A stretch of DNA of 64,000 bases from Anaerolineaceae bacterium (lineage in GTDB: Bacteria > Chloroflexota > Anaerolineae > Anaerolineales > Anaerolineaceae), in contig WOYY01000070.1 of assembly GCA_011620555.1 (NCBI GenBank), positions 12,163 through 76,162 of the forward strand. Reading direction: 5' to 3'. How positions within the stretch are numbered: the stretch's first letter is position 1; each line of letters opens with the position of its first letter. The notes under the pieces are model-generated. The model had not been told where the DNA came from, did no database searches, and saw only the letters and a program-made list of their open reading frames with translations. Both the position numbers and the translations under genes were made by a program. This document shows, piece by piece, positions 54,346-64,000 of this stretch.

Positions 54346-55605
54346 ATGCCTAAAAAAATAATGTTTGGATTGATGTTGGGTGTTTTACTATTATCCGCCT
54401 GTACGCCACAGGCGACGCCCACCCCAGAACCCACCGTGGCAGCGACCAGCGAAGCCACGGAAGTGACCGCCGGAGATCTGACCTATACCGGCCAGATGCC
54501 CTGCACAACAACCTTTGATTATCAGCTTTCGGATGAAGCGGCCCAATATCAGGCCGTTGCGGACCAGCTCCCGGCCGTCAGCGATGCGGACTGGGTCCGC
54601 GGCAACCCCGATGCGCCGATCACGATTGTGGAATATGCCGATTTTCAATGCCCGGCCTGCGCGAATTACTCGTATTACCTCCAGACCGTGATGTCCGCTT
54701 TCCCTGATTCGATCAGGATTGTCTTCCGCCATATGCCCCTGTCTTCAATCCATGATAAGGCCTATATCTCTTCCATGGCGGCAGAAGCGGCCGGCGCTCA
54801 GGATAAATTCTGGGAAATGTACGATGTGCTCTATGCCAACCAATCCGTCTGGTCTGGTTACACAGAAGAAGAGTTCATCACCTGGGTTGAGGAGCAGGCC
54901 GCAGCCTTGGATCTGGACCCCGATCAATTTGAAGCGGATATGCTGAACGCCGATGACCGGGCAGCCCTGGAAGCTCAGACCAATGAACTATTGGATCTCG
55001 GTTTGCATTACACGCCCTTTGTGATCATCAACGACCACATTTTCAGAGATAATAACCCTAATATGTTCTCTCTGGTGGGGGCTTATGAATACAACGGCTA
55101 TACGGAATGCCCCGCCTGGGTGATTGATCCCGGCAAGAGCTACAGCGCCAAGATCGACACCACCGCCGGCGCGATCACAATTGACCTCTTTGCCGATGTG
55201 GCGCCGATGGCTGTCAATAGCTTCGTCTTTTTGGCTGAAAATGGCTGGTACGACGATGTGATCTTCCACCGTGTGATTGAAGATTTCGTCGCCCAGGCCG
55301 GTGACCCCTCTGGGTACGGCGTGATCAGCCCGGGTTATAAATTTGCCAATGAAACCGATAATGTCCTTTCCTTTGATAAGGTCGGCGTGGTTGGCATGGC
55401 GAATTCCGGCCCGGATCAGAACGGCAGCCAGTTCTTCATCACTCTGGCGCCTGCCACGGACCTGGACGGCGGGTATACCATCTTCGGTCAGGTGCAGGAA
55501 GACAGCCTGGACGTTTTAGACCAGATTGCCCTGCGCGATCCCAACACAGCTATGGATTTCGAAGGCGCCACAGTGATTCAGTCGATTGAGATCATTGAAA
55601 ACTGA
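54346..55605 (+). CDS. Lipoprotein fusing a DsbA-like thioredoxin domain to a cyclophilin PPIase
   Basis: LLSAC lipobox, EYADFQCPAC, FHRVIEDFVAQAGDP, GMANSGPDQNGSQFFIT. Confidence 0.9.
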   Translation: MPKKIMFGLMLGVLLLSACTPQATPTPEPTVAATSEATEVTAGDLTYTGQMPCTTTFDYQLSDEAAQYQAVADQLPAVSDADWVRGNPDAPITIVEYADFQCPACANYSYYLQTVMSAFPDSIRIVFRHMPLSSIHDKAYISSMAAEAAGAQDKFWEMYDVLYANQSVWSGYTEEEFITWVEEQAAALDLDPDQFEADMLNADDRAALEAQTNELLDLGLHYTPFVIINDHIFRDNNPNMFSLVGAYEYNGYTECPAWVIDPGKSYSAKIDTTAGAITIDLFADVAPMAVNSFVFLAENGWYDDVIFHRVIEDFVAQAGDPSGYGVISPGYKFANETDNVLSFDKVGVVGMANSGPDQNGSQFFITLAPATDLDGGYTIFGQVQEDSLDVLDQIALRDPNTAMDFEGATVIQSIEIIEN

Positions 55606-55624
55606 ATTTTAGGACGCTGACCCC

Positions 55625-56914
55625 ATGACCACCCCCCATCCGCCTGAAAAACGCTGGCAGACTATTCTGGCGCTGATCTTGAGCGCGCTGGGAATCGTCT
55701 ATTTCCTGGTGCAGGTTTGGGGTGGGGGGATGCTTTGGTTGGTCAACCTGATTGATCCCCAGACCGGCATGGCCGAGAATATTCCAAGCGGCCTGCTGGT
55801 CTGGGCATCTTTGCTCTCGGCTTTGCTGCTGGTCCCCGTTTTCTGGCTCAGTTTCAACCGGCTTGCCGGCAAGCCCGCGCCCGCCTTGCTGGATGGTCAA
55901 CGTCCCCATGTCGGCGCGATCCTGCGCGCCTCCCTGCTGGTCTGGCCTCTGGTGCTCGCGCTGGGATGGCTGGTGGCCGGTCGGCCGGGCTTGGCCGTCT
56001 GGCTTCTCGGGCCGATTAATATCCTGGCGGCGGGGATCCCGGTGGTCTGGATCTATGCCTTGGCGCAGCGCAGGTTGAAGGCCGGCTCCAGCGAGCGCAA
56101 ATGGCAGATCTTTGGCTTTAGCCTGACCGTTTCTCCCCTGGTGATTGTCCTGGCCGAAGTGGTCGTTTTGGCAGCGCTGGGAATCGCCGCGCTGATTTTG
56201 GTGGCGGCCCTGGCCTCACTCAATCCGGCGCTCAACCAGGACCTCAACGATCTCTTACAGCAGGTCTCCGCCAGCCAGGATGTCGAGGTTATCCTGCAGC
56301 TGCTGGAGCCTTACTTCATGCAGCCCGTGGTGATCTTTGGGACGTTGGCGGTGCTGAGCGGCATCATCCCCCTGATCGAAGAGATCCTCAAGCCGCTGGC
56401 CCTTTGGAGCCTGGCCGGCCGGGAACTGACCGACCAGGAAGGCTTTGTGGCCGGTTTGCTTTCCGGCGCTGGCTTTGCCCTGCTGGAGAACCTGCTTTAT
56501 TTCACCAACATCCTGACCGCCGAAGGCTGGTTGTTCATGGTTATCGGCCGGGCCGGGACGGGCGTGCTGCATATGTTCAGCTCCGGCCTGGTGGGCTGGG
56601 CTTTGGCCCGCACCTGGCGCAGCGGCAAATGGCCCTTTCTGGGGGGAATGACGCTCCTCGCTGTGGCCTTTCACGGCCTGTGGAATGCGTTTGCGCTGCT
56701 GGGCGGCCTTGGCCCGGGCTTCGTTTATGGAACGAACCCGACCCTTGGACAGCAGCTGCTTTTCTACCTGCCATTGATCCTGCTTTTCCTCATCGAGGTC
56801 GGCGCTTTGGTTTTGATCAACCGGCATTTCCGGAAGGGTCAAAGCCTCTCTGAAAGCGCTGATCTGCTGGAATCAGGTGATCTGGAACCGCCCGATTCCT
56901 CGATCTCAGAATAA
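55625..56914 (+). CDS. PrsW family intramembrane metalloprotease
   Basis: IEEILKP, GAGFALLENLLY, HMFSSG, FHGLWN. Confidence 0.85.
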   Translation: MTTPHPPEKRWQTILALILSALGIVYFLVQVWGGGMLWLVNLIDPQTGMAENIPSGLLVWASLLSALLLVPVFWLSFNRLAGKPAPALLDGQRPHVGAILRASLLVWPLVLALGWLVAGRPGLAVWLLGPINILAAGIPVVWIYALAQRRLKAGSSERKWQIFGFSLTVSPLVIVLAEVVVLAALGIAALILVAALASLNPALNQDLNDLLQQVSASQDVEVILQLLEPYFMQPVVIFGTLAVLSGIIPLIEEILKPLALWSLAGRELTDQEGFVAGLLSGAGFALLENLLYFTNILTAEGWLFMVIGRAGTGVLHMFSSGLVGWALARTWRSGKWPFLGGMTLLAVAFHGLWNAFALLGGLGPGFVYGTNPTLGQQLLFYLPLILLFLIEVGALVLINRHFRKGQSLSESADLLESGDLEPPDSSISE

Positions 56915-56946
56915 ATGCCGAAAGCTCTCGATTGGAGACTTGTTTG

Positions 56947-57624
56947 ATGCATACCCCTCCTTTGCTGCCGTTATCCCGATCGCTGATTAAAAAAGTGACT
57001 CAATTCTCCGTCATCAACCCAGCTAACCTGCCTGAGAACGGCAGCACCCTGCTGACCACCAACCACCTCAGCCTGATGGATACGCCCCTGCTGTTGGCGA
57101 CGACCGAGCGGACGGACGTTGTGGCGATTGTTGCCAAGAAATATATGCGGAAACCCCTCTTTAAATGGATCCTGGAAAAGATCGGCACGATCGTCTGGAT
57201 GGACCGTGAGAACACGGATTTTTCTGCCATGCGCGAAGCGCTGGAATATCTTAAGCAGGGCGCAATCCTGGGAATTGCCCCGGAAGGGACCCGCAGCAAG
57301 GATGGCCGGGGGCTGTTGGAGGGCAAACCCGGAGCCGCTTTGCTGGCGGCCAGGGCAAATGTGCCGATCGTTCCGGTGGGGATCGTGGGCTCGGAATTTA
57401 TCCGGTCCAGCTTATTGAAATTGAGGCGCGCGCCGGTCTCGATCACGGTGGGCCAACCCTATATGCTGCCGGAGTTCGATCGTGACAACCGCCAGGAGTG
57501 GCTGACCCGCTGCACCGATGAGATCATGTGCCGGATCGCCGCCCTCCTGCCGCCGGGGTACCGCGGGTTCTATGCGGACCATCCCCGGCTGCAGGAACTG
57601 CTGGCGGAACAAGCCGCGGCGTAA
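56947..57624 (+). CDS. plsC: Lysophospholipid acyltransferase (PlsC family)
   Basis: NHLSLMD, IAPEGTRS, IVPVGI; start at ATG 56947 after GGAG. Confidence 0.85.
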   Translation: MHTPPLLPLSRSLIKKVTQFSVINPANLPENGSTLLTTNHLSLMDTPLLLATTERTDVVAIVAKKYMRKPLFKWILEKIGTIVWMDRENTDFSAMREALEYLKQGAILGIAPEGTRSKDGRGLLEGKPGAALLAARANVPIVPVGIVGSEFIRSSLLKLRRAPVSITVGQPYMLPEFDRDNRQEWLTRCTDEIMCRIAALLPPGYRGFYADHPRLQELLAEQAAA

Positions 57625-57676
57625 AAACCCTCAAGCCTTTTCAGGTGAATTCCCTCCGGGTGGTATAATCCAAAAC

Positions 57677-57889
57677 GTGTTACAGGACCTTGAACTCGGT
57701 GATGTTGTTCGCCTGCGCAAAGCCCACCCCTGCGGCGGGCTTGAATGGCGGGTCGTGCGCCTGGGTGCAGATATTGGTCTGGAATGCCTCACCTGCGGCC
57801 ACCGGATCATGCTGGACCGGCGCGCGCTCAAAAACCGGCTGAAACAGATTGTCCGCAAAGGCAGTGAAAATGACCCGGAAAACGGCTGA
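57677..57889 (+). CDS. DUF951 family small protein
   Basis: [35 protein letters not shown]; GTG start 7 nt after TGG-TATAAT. Confidence 0.88.
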   Translation: MLQDLELGDVVRLRKAHPCGGLEWRVVRLGADIGLECLTCGHRIMLDRRALKNRLKQIVRKGSENDPENG

Positions 57890-59006
57890 TAAACCGCATA
57901 TCCTTTTCCTTTTCTCTGATACGGGCGGCGGCCACCGCAGCGCTGCCAAGGCGATTATTGAAGCCTTGGAAATCTATCACCCCGGCAAAGTGACCACGGA
58001 GATGCTGGATTTTTTCGTGGAATACGCCCCGCCTCCTTTTGACATGGCCGTCACCACCTACGCGCCGATGGCGCAGGTGCCCGACCTTTGGGAGCTGGGG
58101 TATAAACTCAGCAACGGCAAATGGCGCGGCAAGCTGGTCCAGGATGTGCTCTGGCCCTATATCCGTAAATCGGCGGAGCGGCTCGTTACCGAACATCCCT
58201 GTGACCTTTTCCTCTCGGTTCATCCCATTATCAATACGCCCATTTTGCGCGCGCTGGGTGAAGACCACGCGCCCTATCTGGTTGTGATCACCGACATGGT
58301 CAGCACCCATGCCTTTTGGTACAACGACAAGGCCACCCTGACGATGACGCCGACCGAGGTCGCCCGGCTGCGCGGGATTGGGATTGGCATGGACCCCAAA
58401 CGGATTGTACTGGTGGGGCAGCCGATTGCCGATAAATTCCGGCAGCCCAGTCCTCCCAAAAAAGACCTGCGTGAGATGCTCGGCTGGCCTCAGGATCAGA
58501 CCGTTGCCCTGATCGTGGGCGGCGGGGAGGGCATGGGGCCAGTGGAAGAGACGGTGAAAGCGATCGGCCAATCCGGGATGGACCTGGCGCTGGCCGTGAT
58601 CGCAGGCCATAACGAGACCTTGAAGACCAATCTCGAAAATGCGGATCTGGAAACGCCGACCTTTATCTATGGATTTGTGGAGAACATGCCCGATTTGATG
58701 AATGCGGCGGATATCCTGCTGACCAAAGCCGGCCCCGGGACGATCTCGGAGGGTTTCATCGCCGGACTGCCGCTGATCCTCTATTCCAAGATGCCTGGGC
58801 AGGAAGATGGCAATGTGGATTACGTGCTCAACGAAGGCGCGGGCGTTTGGGCGCCCACGGTTGAGGATGTGCTCACCACGCTGCGTTACTGGCTGGCCAA
58901 CCCCGATGTTTTGAAAGAGACCGCAGCCATTTCCAAGAGCCTGGGCCGGCCGGATGCTTCCTATGACATTGCCCAAAAGATCATTGATACGGTTTACCGG
59001 GCATGA
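57870..59006 (+). CDS. Diacylglycerol glycosyltransferase (MGDG synthase/UgtP family)
   Basis: [40 protein letters not shown]. Confidence 0.9.
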   Translation: MTRKTADKPHILFLFSDTGGGHRSAAKAIIEALEIYHPGKVTTEMLDFFVEYAPPPFDMAVTTYAPMAQVPDLWELGYKLSNGKWRGKLVQDVLWPYIRKSAERLVTEHPCDLFLSVHPIINTPILRALGEDHAPYLVVITDMVSTHAFWYNDKATLTMTPTEVARLRGIGIGMDPKRIVLVGQPIADKFRQPSPPKKDLREMLGWPQDQTVALIVGGGEGMGPVEETVKAIGQSGMDLALAVIAGHNETLKTNLENADLETPTFIYGFVENMPDLMNAADILLTKAGPGTISEGFIAGLPLILYSKMPGQEDGNVDYVLNEGAGVWAPTVEDVLTTLRYWLANPDVLKETAAISKSLGRPDASYDIAQKIIDTVYRA

Positions 59007-59032
59007 ATCTGATATGATATTAGAAGAATCTT

Positions 59033-59530
59033 ATGCCGATCTTAGATGACCGCAACTTTGAGTTTTTCAGCCACAGCCCGGATCAGACCCGCCGGCTGGG
59101 CATCCACCTGGGCGGCTATTTGCGCCCCGGTGATGTGATCGCGCTGGAAGGCAACCTCGGTTCCGGCAAGACCACCCTTGTGCAGGGGATCGCTCAGGGT
59201 TGGGGCGTTTTGGACCCGGTCTCCAGCCCGACCTATGTCATCGTGAATGAGTACCGGCGGGCGGATGCGCAGCGTTTATTTCACATTGACGCTTACCGGC
59301 TGGAGGGCACCTTTGATGCCGAGATCCTCGATTTCGACCGGATGCTTGCCCAGGGGCCTGTGGTGATTGAGTGGGCCGAACGGATCCGGGAGGTCCTGCC
59401 CGGGGAACTGTTGCGGATCCGGCTGGATTACACGGGCATTGGGCACCGCGCCATGATGCTGAACCCGGAGGGGAAGCATTTCGTGGCGCTGGTCGAAAAC
59501 CTGCGCCGCAAGTTATATGGAGATTTCTAG
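59033..59530 (+). CDS. tsaE: t6A biosynthesis ATPase
   Basis: LEGNLGSGKTT, SSPTY, HIDAYRL, IEW. Confidence 0.95.
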   Translation: MPILDDRNFEFFSHSPDQTRRLGIHLGGYLRPGDVIALEGNLGSGKTTLVQGIAQGWGVLDPVSSPTYVIVNEYRRADAQRLFHIDAYRLEGTFDAEILDFDRMLAQGPVVIEWAERIREVLPGELLRIRLDYTGIGHRAMMLNPEGKHFVALVENLRRKLYGDF

Positions 59531-60198
59531 TGTTACTTGCAATTGATACGTCAACATCCTGGATCAGCCTGGCCTTGTATGATGGGATTTCAGTTCTTTA
59601 CGAAACCACCTGGCAAAGCCAGCAGCACCACACCGTGGAACTGGCTCCGGCTATTGATGAACTTTTTGGGCGGACGGGTGTGCAACCCGCTGACCTGACC
59701 GGCTTGGCTGTGGCAATTGGCCCCGGCTCCTTCACCAGTCTGCGGATCGGCCTGGCGGCGGCCAAGGGCTTCGCCCTGGCTTTGCAGATTCCCTTGGCGG
59801 GGGTCCCCTCGCTGGATATCCTGGCGGCTGCCCAGCCGCTGGATGAGCTTCCCCTGATCGCCGTGCTGCATGCCGGACGGACCCGCCTGGCCTATGTCAC
59901 CTACCTGGTGGAGGGCGGCGCCTGGCAGCCGCAGCACGAACCCGTCGCCATTGATGCCAAGGACCTGGTGAAGACCATCTCTTCACCGACTCTGATCGCC
60001 GGAGAGCTTTCAGAAGAAGCCCGTTCCGTGCTGGGACGGCGTTGGAAGAACGCCCTGATCGCCCAGCCTGCCCGCTGCCTGCGCCGGGCCGGTTACCTGG
60101 CCGAAATCGGCTGGGAACGGCTGATGAGCGACCGGGCGGATGACCCCGTCACCCTGGCCCCGATCTATCTGAGCACGGTCAATTCCATCCCGGTGTAG
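59530..60198 (+). CDS. tsaB: t6A biosynthesis protein
   Basis: LLAIDTS, GPGSFTSLRIG; GTG start. Confidence 0.93.
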   Translation: MLLAIDTSTSWISLALYDGISVLYETTWQSQQHHTVELAPAIDELFGRTGVQPADLTGLAVAIGPGSFTSLRIGLAAAKGFALALQIPLAGVPSLDILAAAQPLDELPLIAVLHAGRTRLAYVTYLVEGGAWQPQHEPVAIDAKDLVKTISSPTLIAGELSEEARSVLGRRWKNALIAQPARCLRRAGYLAEIGWERLMSDRADDPVTLAPIYLSTVNSIPV

Positions 60199-60200
60199 CC

Positions 60201-60728
60201 ATGATGGCCGGTGCGGCTGGCGGCACGCAGGTGATCCTGCGACCTATGACCCTCGCTGACCTGCCCAAGGTCGAAGCGCTGGATCGCGAGTCTTTTCTCA
60301 CCCCCTGGCCCCAGAACGCATTCTGTTATGAACTCACCGACAACTCCCATTCGATCTGCTGGGTTGCGGAACTGACCACGCCCGGCTACGAACCGATTTT
60401 GGTTGGGTCGGTTGTGATCTGGCTGGTGGTGGATGAAGCCCATCTGGCCACGCTGGCCGTCAGCGGGGCCTACCGCCGGCATGGCGTAGCCCGCAGGCTG
60501 TTGGCGCAGACGCTTTCCGTGGCTTATGAAAGCGGCGCGCGGCAGGCTTTGCTGGAAGTGCGAGAAAGCAACCAGGCTGCCCGGAATTTGTACTACCAAT
60601 TTGGGTTTGAGCAGGTAGGCACCCGGCGGGCTTATTACAGTGACACGCATGAAGATGCCATCCTGATGACCCTGCCGGAACTTGACCCGGACAGGTTGTC
60701 TGTTTTGCTGTCCCGGGAAGAAAATTAA
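60201..60728 (+). CDS. rimI: Ribosomal protein S18 alanine N-acetyltransferase
   Basis: LAVSGAYRRHGVA, LEVRESN.AA..LY..FGF...G.RRAYY...EDA. Confidence 0.9.
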   Translation: MMAGAAGGTQVILRPMTLADLPKVEALDRESFLTPWPQNAFCYELTDNSHSICWVAELTTPGYEPILVGSVVIWLVVDEAHLATLAVSGAYRRHGVARRLLAQTLSVAYESGARQALLEVRESNQAARNLYYQFGFEQVGTRRAYYSDTHEDAILMTLPELDPDRLSVLLSREEN

Positions 60729-60756
60729 AGAGAGACGTTGAAAGAGGAGGTAGACG

Positions 60757-61416
60757 TTGACCACTGAAGAGATCCTCAAAGAAGTTGCGCAGCAGACCGC
60801 AGGCTGCACCCGCTGTGACCTGCACTATTCCCGCAATAAATCCGTCCCCGGCACGGGCAACCCCCGGGCTGAGATCATGTTCATCGGCGAAGGCCCGGGC
60901 TTTCACGAGAACGTGCAGGGACTGCCTTTTGTGGGCGCGGCCGGGCAGTTCCTGGATGAGCTGCTGGCGGATGCCGGCCTGAAGCGCGAGGAGGTTTTCA
61001 TCACCAATGTGGTCAAATGCCGTCCTCCCGGCAACCGCGACCCCCAGGCTGAGGAACTGGATGCCTGCAAACCCTATCTGGAGCGCCAGATCGCCGCGAT
61101 CAACCCGGATGTGATCGTGACCCTGGGGCGTTTTTCCATGGGACACTTCTTCAACAACGGCAAGATCTCCGGCATCCACGGCAAACCCTTTTGGTCGGGC
61201 GGGCGGATGATCATCCCGATGTACCACCCCGCTGCGGCGCTGCACCAGCCCTCGCTGCGCGAAGTGGTCAAACAGGATTTCGCCAAGCTCCCAGAGATGG
61301 TTGCCCGGGCGCAGGAAACCCGGCGCAGCAACCCCGATCTCGCTGCGCTGAACAACTCTTTGGAAGAAGATAATGGCCCGGAAGATAACAACGCCGAACA
61401 GTTGAGCCTTTTCTAG
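60757..61416 (+). CDS. Uracil-DNA glycosylase family 4
   Basis: CTRC, IGEGPG..E..QGLPFVGAAG, NVVKCRPPGNR, YHPAAAL. Confidence 0.93.
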   Translation: MTTEEILKEVAQQTAGCTRCDLHYSRNKSVPGTGNPRAEIMFIGEGPGFHENVQGLPFVGAAGQFLDELLADAGLKREEVFITNVVKCRPPGNRDPQAEELDACKPYLERQIAAINPDVIVTLGRFSMGHFFNNGKISGIHGKPFWSGGRMIIPMYHPAAALHQPSLREVVKQDFAKLPEMVARAQETRRSNPDLAALNNSLEEDNGPEDNNAEQLSLF

Positions 61417-61497
61417 CGCCTTTGGAGTAAGATAAGCCTCCGGATGATTATGATAAAATTGCCATTCTGGTTGTAAATTGCGATCAAGGATCTGAAC

Positions 61498-62817
61498 ATG
61501 AGTGAGACAAAATCAGCACTGCTCAAGAAACTGAATGACCGGACCGCCAAAATTGGCGTGATCGGGATTGGCTATGTCGGTCTGCCTCTGGCCGTGACTT
61601 TCGCCGAGGCGGGATTTGAAGTCGTGGGTGTGGACCCGCTGGCGGACAAGGTGGCGGCCATCAACCGGGGAGAGAGCTACATCCTCGATGTGGAATCCGC
61701 CAAGGTCAAGGCGCTGGTGGAGTCCGGCAAACTCTCGGCCAGCGCGGATTATGCCGTCCTGGCTGAGTTGGACGCCGTATCCATCTGCGTGCCCACCCCG
61801 CTGCGGAAGACCGGCGACCCGGACCTCTCTTTCATTGCCTCCGCCAGCAAATCGCTGGCGCCCCACCTCCATCCCGGCATGGTGATTGTCCTCGAATCCA
61901 GCACCTACCCCGGCACGACCCGCGAAATGGTCCTGCCCGAGATGGAAAAGGTCTGCGGTTTGAAAGTGGGCCAGGATTTCTTCCTGGCCTTTTCCCCCGA
62001 ACGGGTGGACCCTGGCCGGAAGGACTGGACCACGATCAACACACCCAAGGTGATCGGGGGAATCACGGCGGATTGCGGTGAGGTGGCCTCGGTCTGGTAT
62101 GGGCAGGCGCTGGAGACCATTGTTCCCGTCTCCACCTGCGAAGTGGCCGAGATGACGAAACTCCTGGAAAACACCTTCCGAATGATCAATATCGGGCTGG
62201 TGAATGAATTGGCGATCATGTGCGACCGGCTTAAGGTGGATGTCTGGGAAGTGATTGACGCCGCAGCCACCAAGCCCTTTGGCTTCATGAAGTTCACCCC
62301 CGGCCCCGGCCTGGGCGGTCACTGCATCCCGATTGACCCACTCTACCTTTCCTGGAAACTCAAATCGCTGAACTACAACGCCCGTTTCATTGAGCTGGCT
62401 TCAGAGATCAACACCAACATGCCGCGCTATACCCTGGGCAAAATCCAGGACGCGTTGAACCTGGCAAAGAAACCCGTCAACGGCAGCAAAGTGCTGGTTT
62501 TGGGCGTGGCCTACAAACCGGATATTGACGACCTGCGCGAATCTCCGGCGCTGGATGTGATCCACCTCTTGCAGGAGAAGGGCGCGGAGGTGAGCTATCA
62601 CGATCCTTATATCCCGCATCTGAACCATGACAACATCGTGTTGGATGGCGTGGCAGATCTGATGGCCGCGGTGGCCGAGGCGGATTGTGTGGCGATCATC
62701 ACCAATCACAGCGATTATGACTACGATGCGATCTTGGATGCTGCCCAGATGCTTGTGGATACCCGCAACGCCCTCGGTGCCAAGGGCAAAGCCAGCCCGA
62801 AAGTGGTCCGGCTCTGA
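61498..62817 (+). CDS. UDP-glucose/GDP-mannose family nucleotide-sugar dehydrogenase
   Basis: GIGYVGLP, SPERVDPG, KLLENTFR.INI, GLGGHCIPIDP. Confidence 0.93.
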   Translation: MSETKSALLKKLNDRTAKIGVIGIGYVGLPLAVTFAEAGFEVVGVDPLADKVAAINRGESYILDVESAKVKALVESGKLSASADYAVLAELDAVSICVPTPLRKTGDPDLSFIASASKSLAPHLHPGMVIVLESSTYPGTTREMVLPEMEKVCGLKVGQDFFLAFSPERVDPGRKDWTTINTPKVIGGITADCGEVASVWYGQALETIVPVSTCEVAEMTKLLENTFRMINIGLVNELAIMCDRLKVDVWEVIDAAATKPFGFMKFTPGPGLGGHCIPIDPLYLSWKLKSLNYNARFIELASEINTNMPRYTLGKIQDALNLAKKPVNGSKVLVLGVAYKPDIDDLRESPALDVIHLLQEKGAEVSYHDPYIPHLNHDNIVLDGVADLMAAVAEADCVAIITNHSDYDYDAILDAAQMLVDTRNALGAKGKASPKVVRL

Positions 62818-63797
62818 TGAGCGCCTATCTCCTAACGGGTGTGGCCGGTTTCATCGGCTCCCGTGTGGCTGAGTTCCTGCTGCAGGACGGCCACGAGGTC
62901 TATGGCGTGGATAATTTGAACCACGCCTATGATATCCGCCTGAAGGATTACCGCCTGGGAAAGCTGCTCGGGCGGGAAGGCTTTCACTTCCAGCAATGGG
63001 ATATTTCCGAGAAAGCGATCATTGAGGATCTGCATGGCTGGCTCCCAGCCGAGATTGCCGGCGTGATCAACCTGGCCGCCTGGGCAGGCACCCGCCGCAG
63101 CCTCTCGAACCCCTGGATCTATATTGAGACCAATATGACCGGGGCCCTGAACATGATGGAACTCTGCCGTTTGCACAATATCCCCAAGTTTGTGGAGGCT
63201 TCCTCCTCCAGCGTTTATGGCAATCTGAACACGCCGCCCTACAGCGAAACCGATGAGACCGACCATCCTTTACAGCCCTACGCCGCCACCAAGAAGGGCG
63301 CCGAAGCGTTGGCCTACGCCTATCATCACCTTTATGGTCTGGATGTGACCATCCTGCGCTATTTCACGGTCTATGGGCCGGCGGGCCGGCCGCAGATGGT
63401 GATGTTCCGCTTCTGCAAGTGGATTGCGGAAAACCAGCCTGTGGTGGTCAATGGCGATGGCGAGCAATCCCGCGGCTTCACCTATCTCGATGATATCGCC
63501 CGCGGCACGATCCTGGCGCTCAAGCCGGTGGGCTATGAGGTCATCAACCTGGGCGGGCATGAGGTGATCACCATCAACGAAATGATCAAAATGCTGGAAG
63601 ACCGGATCGGCAAACCTGCGCAGATCGTGCAGGCCGATTTCCATCCCGCTGATGTGACTTCCAACCACGCCGATGTTTCCCGCGCCCGGGAGGTCCTCGG
63701 CTGGGAGCCGCAGGTGAGCCTGGAGGAGGGGATCACCCGCCTGGTGGATTGGTACATGCAGGAGCGGGATTGGGCGAGCCAGATCGAAACCCCATGA
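62817..63797 (+). CDS. NAD-dependent epimerase/dehydratase (UDP-glucuronate epimerase-like)
   Basis: TGVAGFIG, ASSSSVYG, YAATK, RYFTVYGPAGRP. Confidence 0.92.
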   Translation: MSAYLLTGVAGFIGSRVAEFLLQDGHEVYGVDNLNHAYDIRLKDYRLGKLLGREGFHFQQWDISEKAIIEDLHGWLPAEIAGVINLAAWAGTRRSLSNPWIYIETNMTGALNMMELCRLHNIPKFVEASSSSVYGNLNTPPYSETDETDHPLQPYAATKKGAEALAYAYHHLYGLDVTILRYFTVYGPAGRPQMVMFRFCKWIAENQPVVVNGDGEQSRGFTYLDDIARGTILALKPVGYEVINLGGHEVITINEMIKMLEDRIGKPAQIVQADFHPADVTSNHADVSRAREVLGWEPQVSLEEGITRLVDWYMQERDWASQIETP

Positions 63798-64000
63798 AAA
63801 AACTTTTCTCCGGCCTCAAATCCTGGGGGAAGGATGTGGTCCTCAGGAAAGTTGTTGGCAATTCAGCTTATTTATTTGGCGGCCAGGCGGTCAGCGCGGT
63901 CCTGAGCATCCTCACGGCCAACCTGCTCGGCGTGGCCAGCTTTGGCGCGCTGGGTGTGGTGATCAGTTTTGTCACCAACATCAACCGGCTGCTTTCCTTC
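63794..64000 (+). CDS. Probable Wzx-type flippase, 5' part only
   Basis: ATG overlaps the epimerase stop; ...KVVGNSAYLFGGQAVSAVLSILTANLLGVASFGALG resembles the start of polysaccharide flippases. Confidence 0.65.
   Translation, partial: MKKLFSGLKSWGKDVVLRKVVGNSAYLFGGQAVSAVLSILTANLLGVASFGALGVVISFVTNINRLLSF

Noticed and set aside
1-64000. CRISPR arrays, tRNA or rRNA genes, prophage genes
   Set aside because: No regularly spaced repeats, no tRNA T-arm/CCA patterns in the intergenic regions, and no phage structural or integrase genes seen

Overview
A GC-rich (roughly 60% by eye) bacterial chromosomal segment made mostly of housekeeping genes. Gene content suggests Chloroflexota, probably Anaerolineae; this is an inference from the FMN-riboswitch RibXY-type ABC transporter, the nurA/HAS/herA/rad50 operon and the P/T-rich lipoproteins. 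It carries ccmABCD, dnaK, holB, rarA, ppk2, a split gatC-gatA...gatB operon, lpdA, pdxST, tmk, tsaE/tsaB/rimI, udg and the start of a polysaccharide cluster. I found no rRNA, tRNA, CRISPR array or intact IS. Signals that the ORF track does not explain: (1) a ~320-nt multi-hairpin intergenic element with its own promoter upstream of gatC, a candidate uncharacterised ncRNA; (2) a bcd-etfB-etfA-maoC cassette with a Rex-type operator, bracketed by ~126-bp imperfect direct repeats of the lpdA 3' end plus terminator; (3) an AT-rich winged-helix/HNH nuclease gene inserted inside the gat operon; (4) a 2-oxoacid dehydrogenase E1a-E1b-E2 operon collapsed to ~560 bp by internal deletions while E3 stays intact; (5) a HUH-dead IS200-like transposase; (6) a nurA-HAS-herA-rad50 operon without mre11; (7) several apparently leaderless genes and a probable AUA start. 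All product calls come from motif recognition by eye; no database searches were run.
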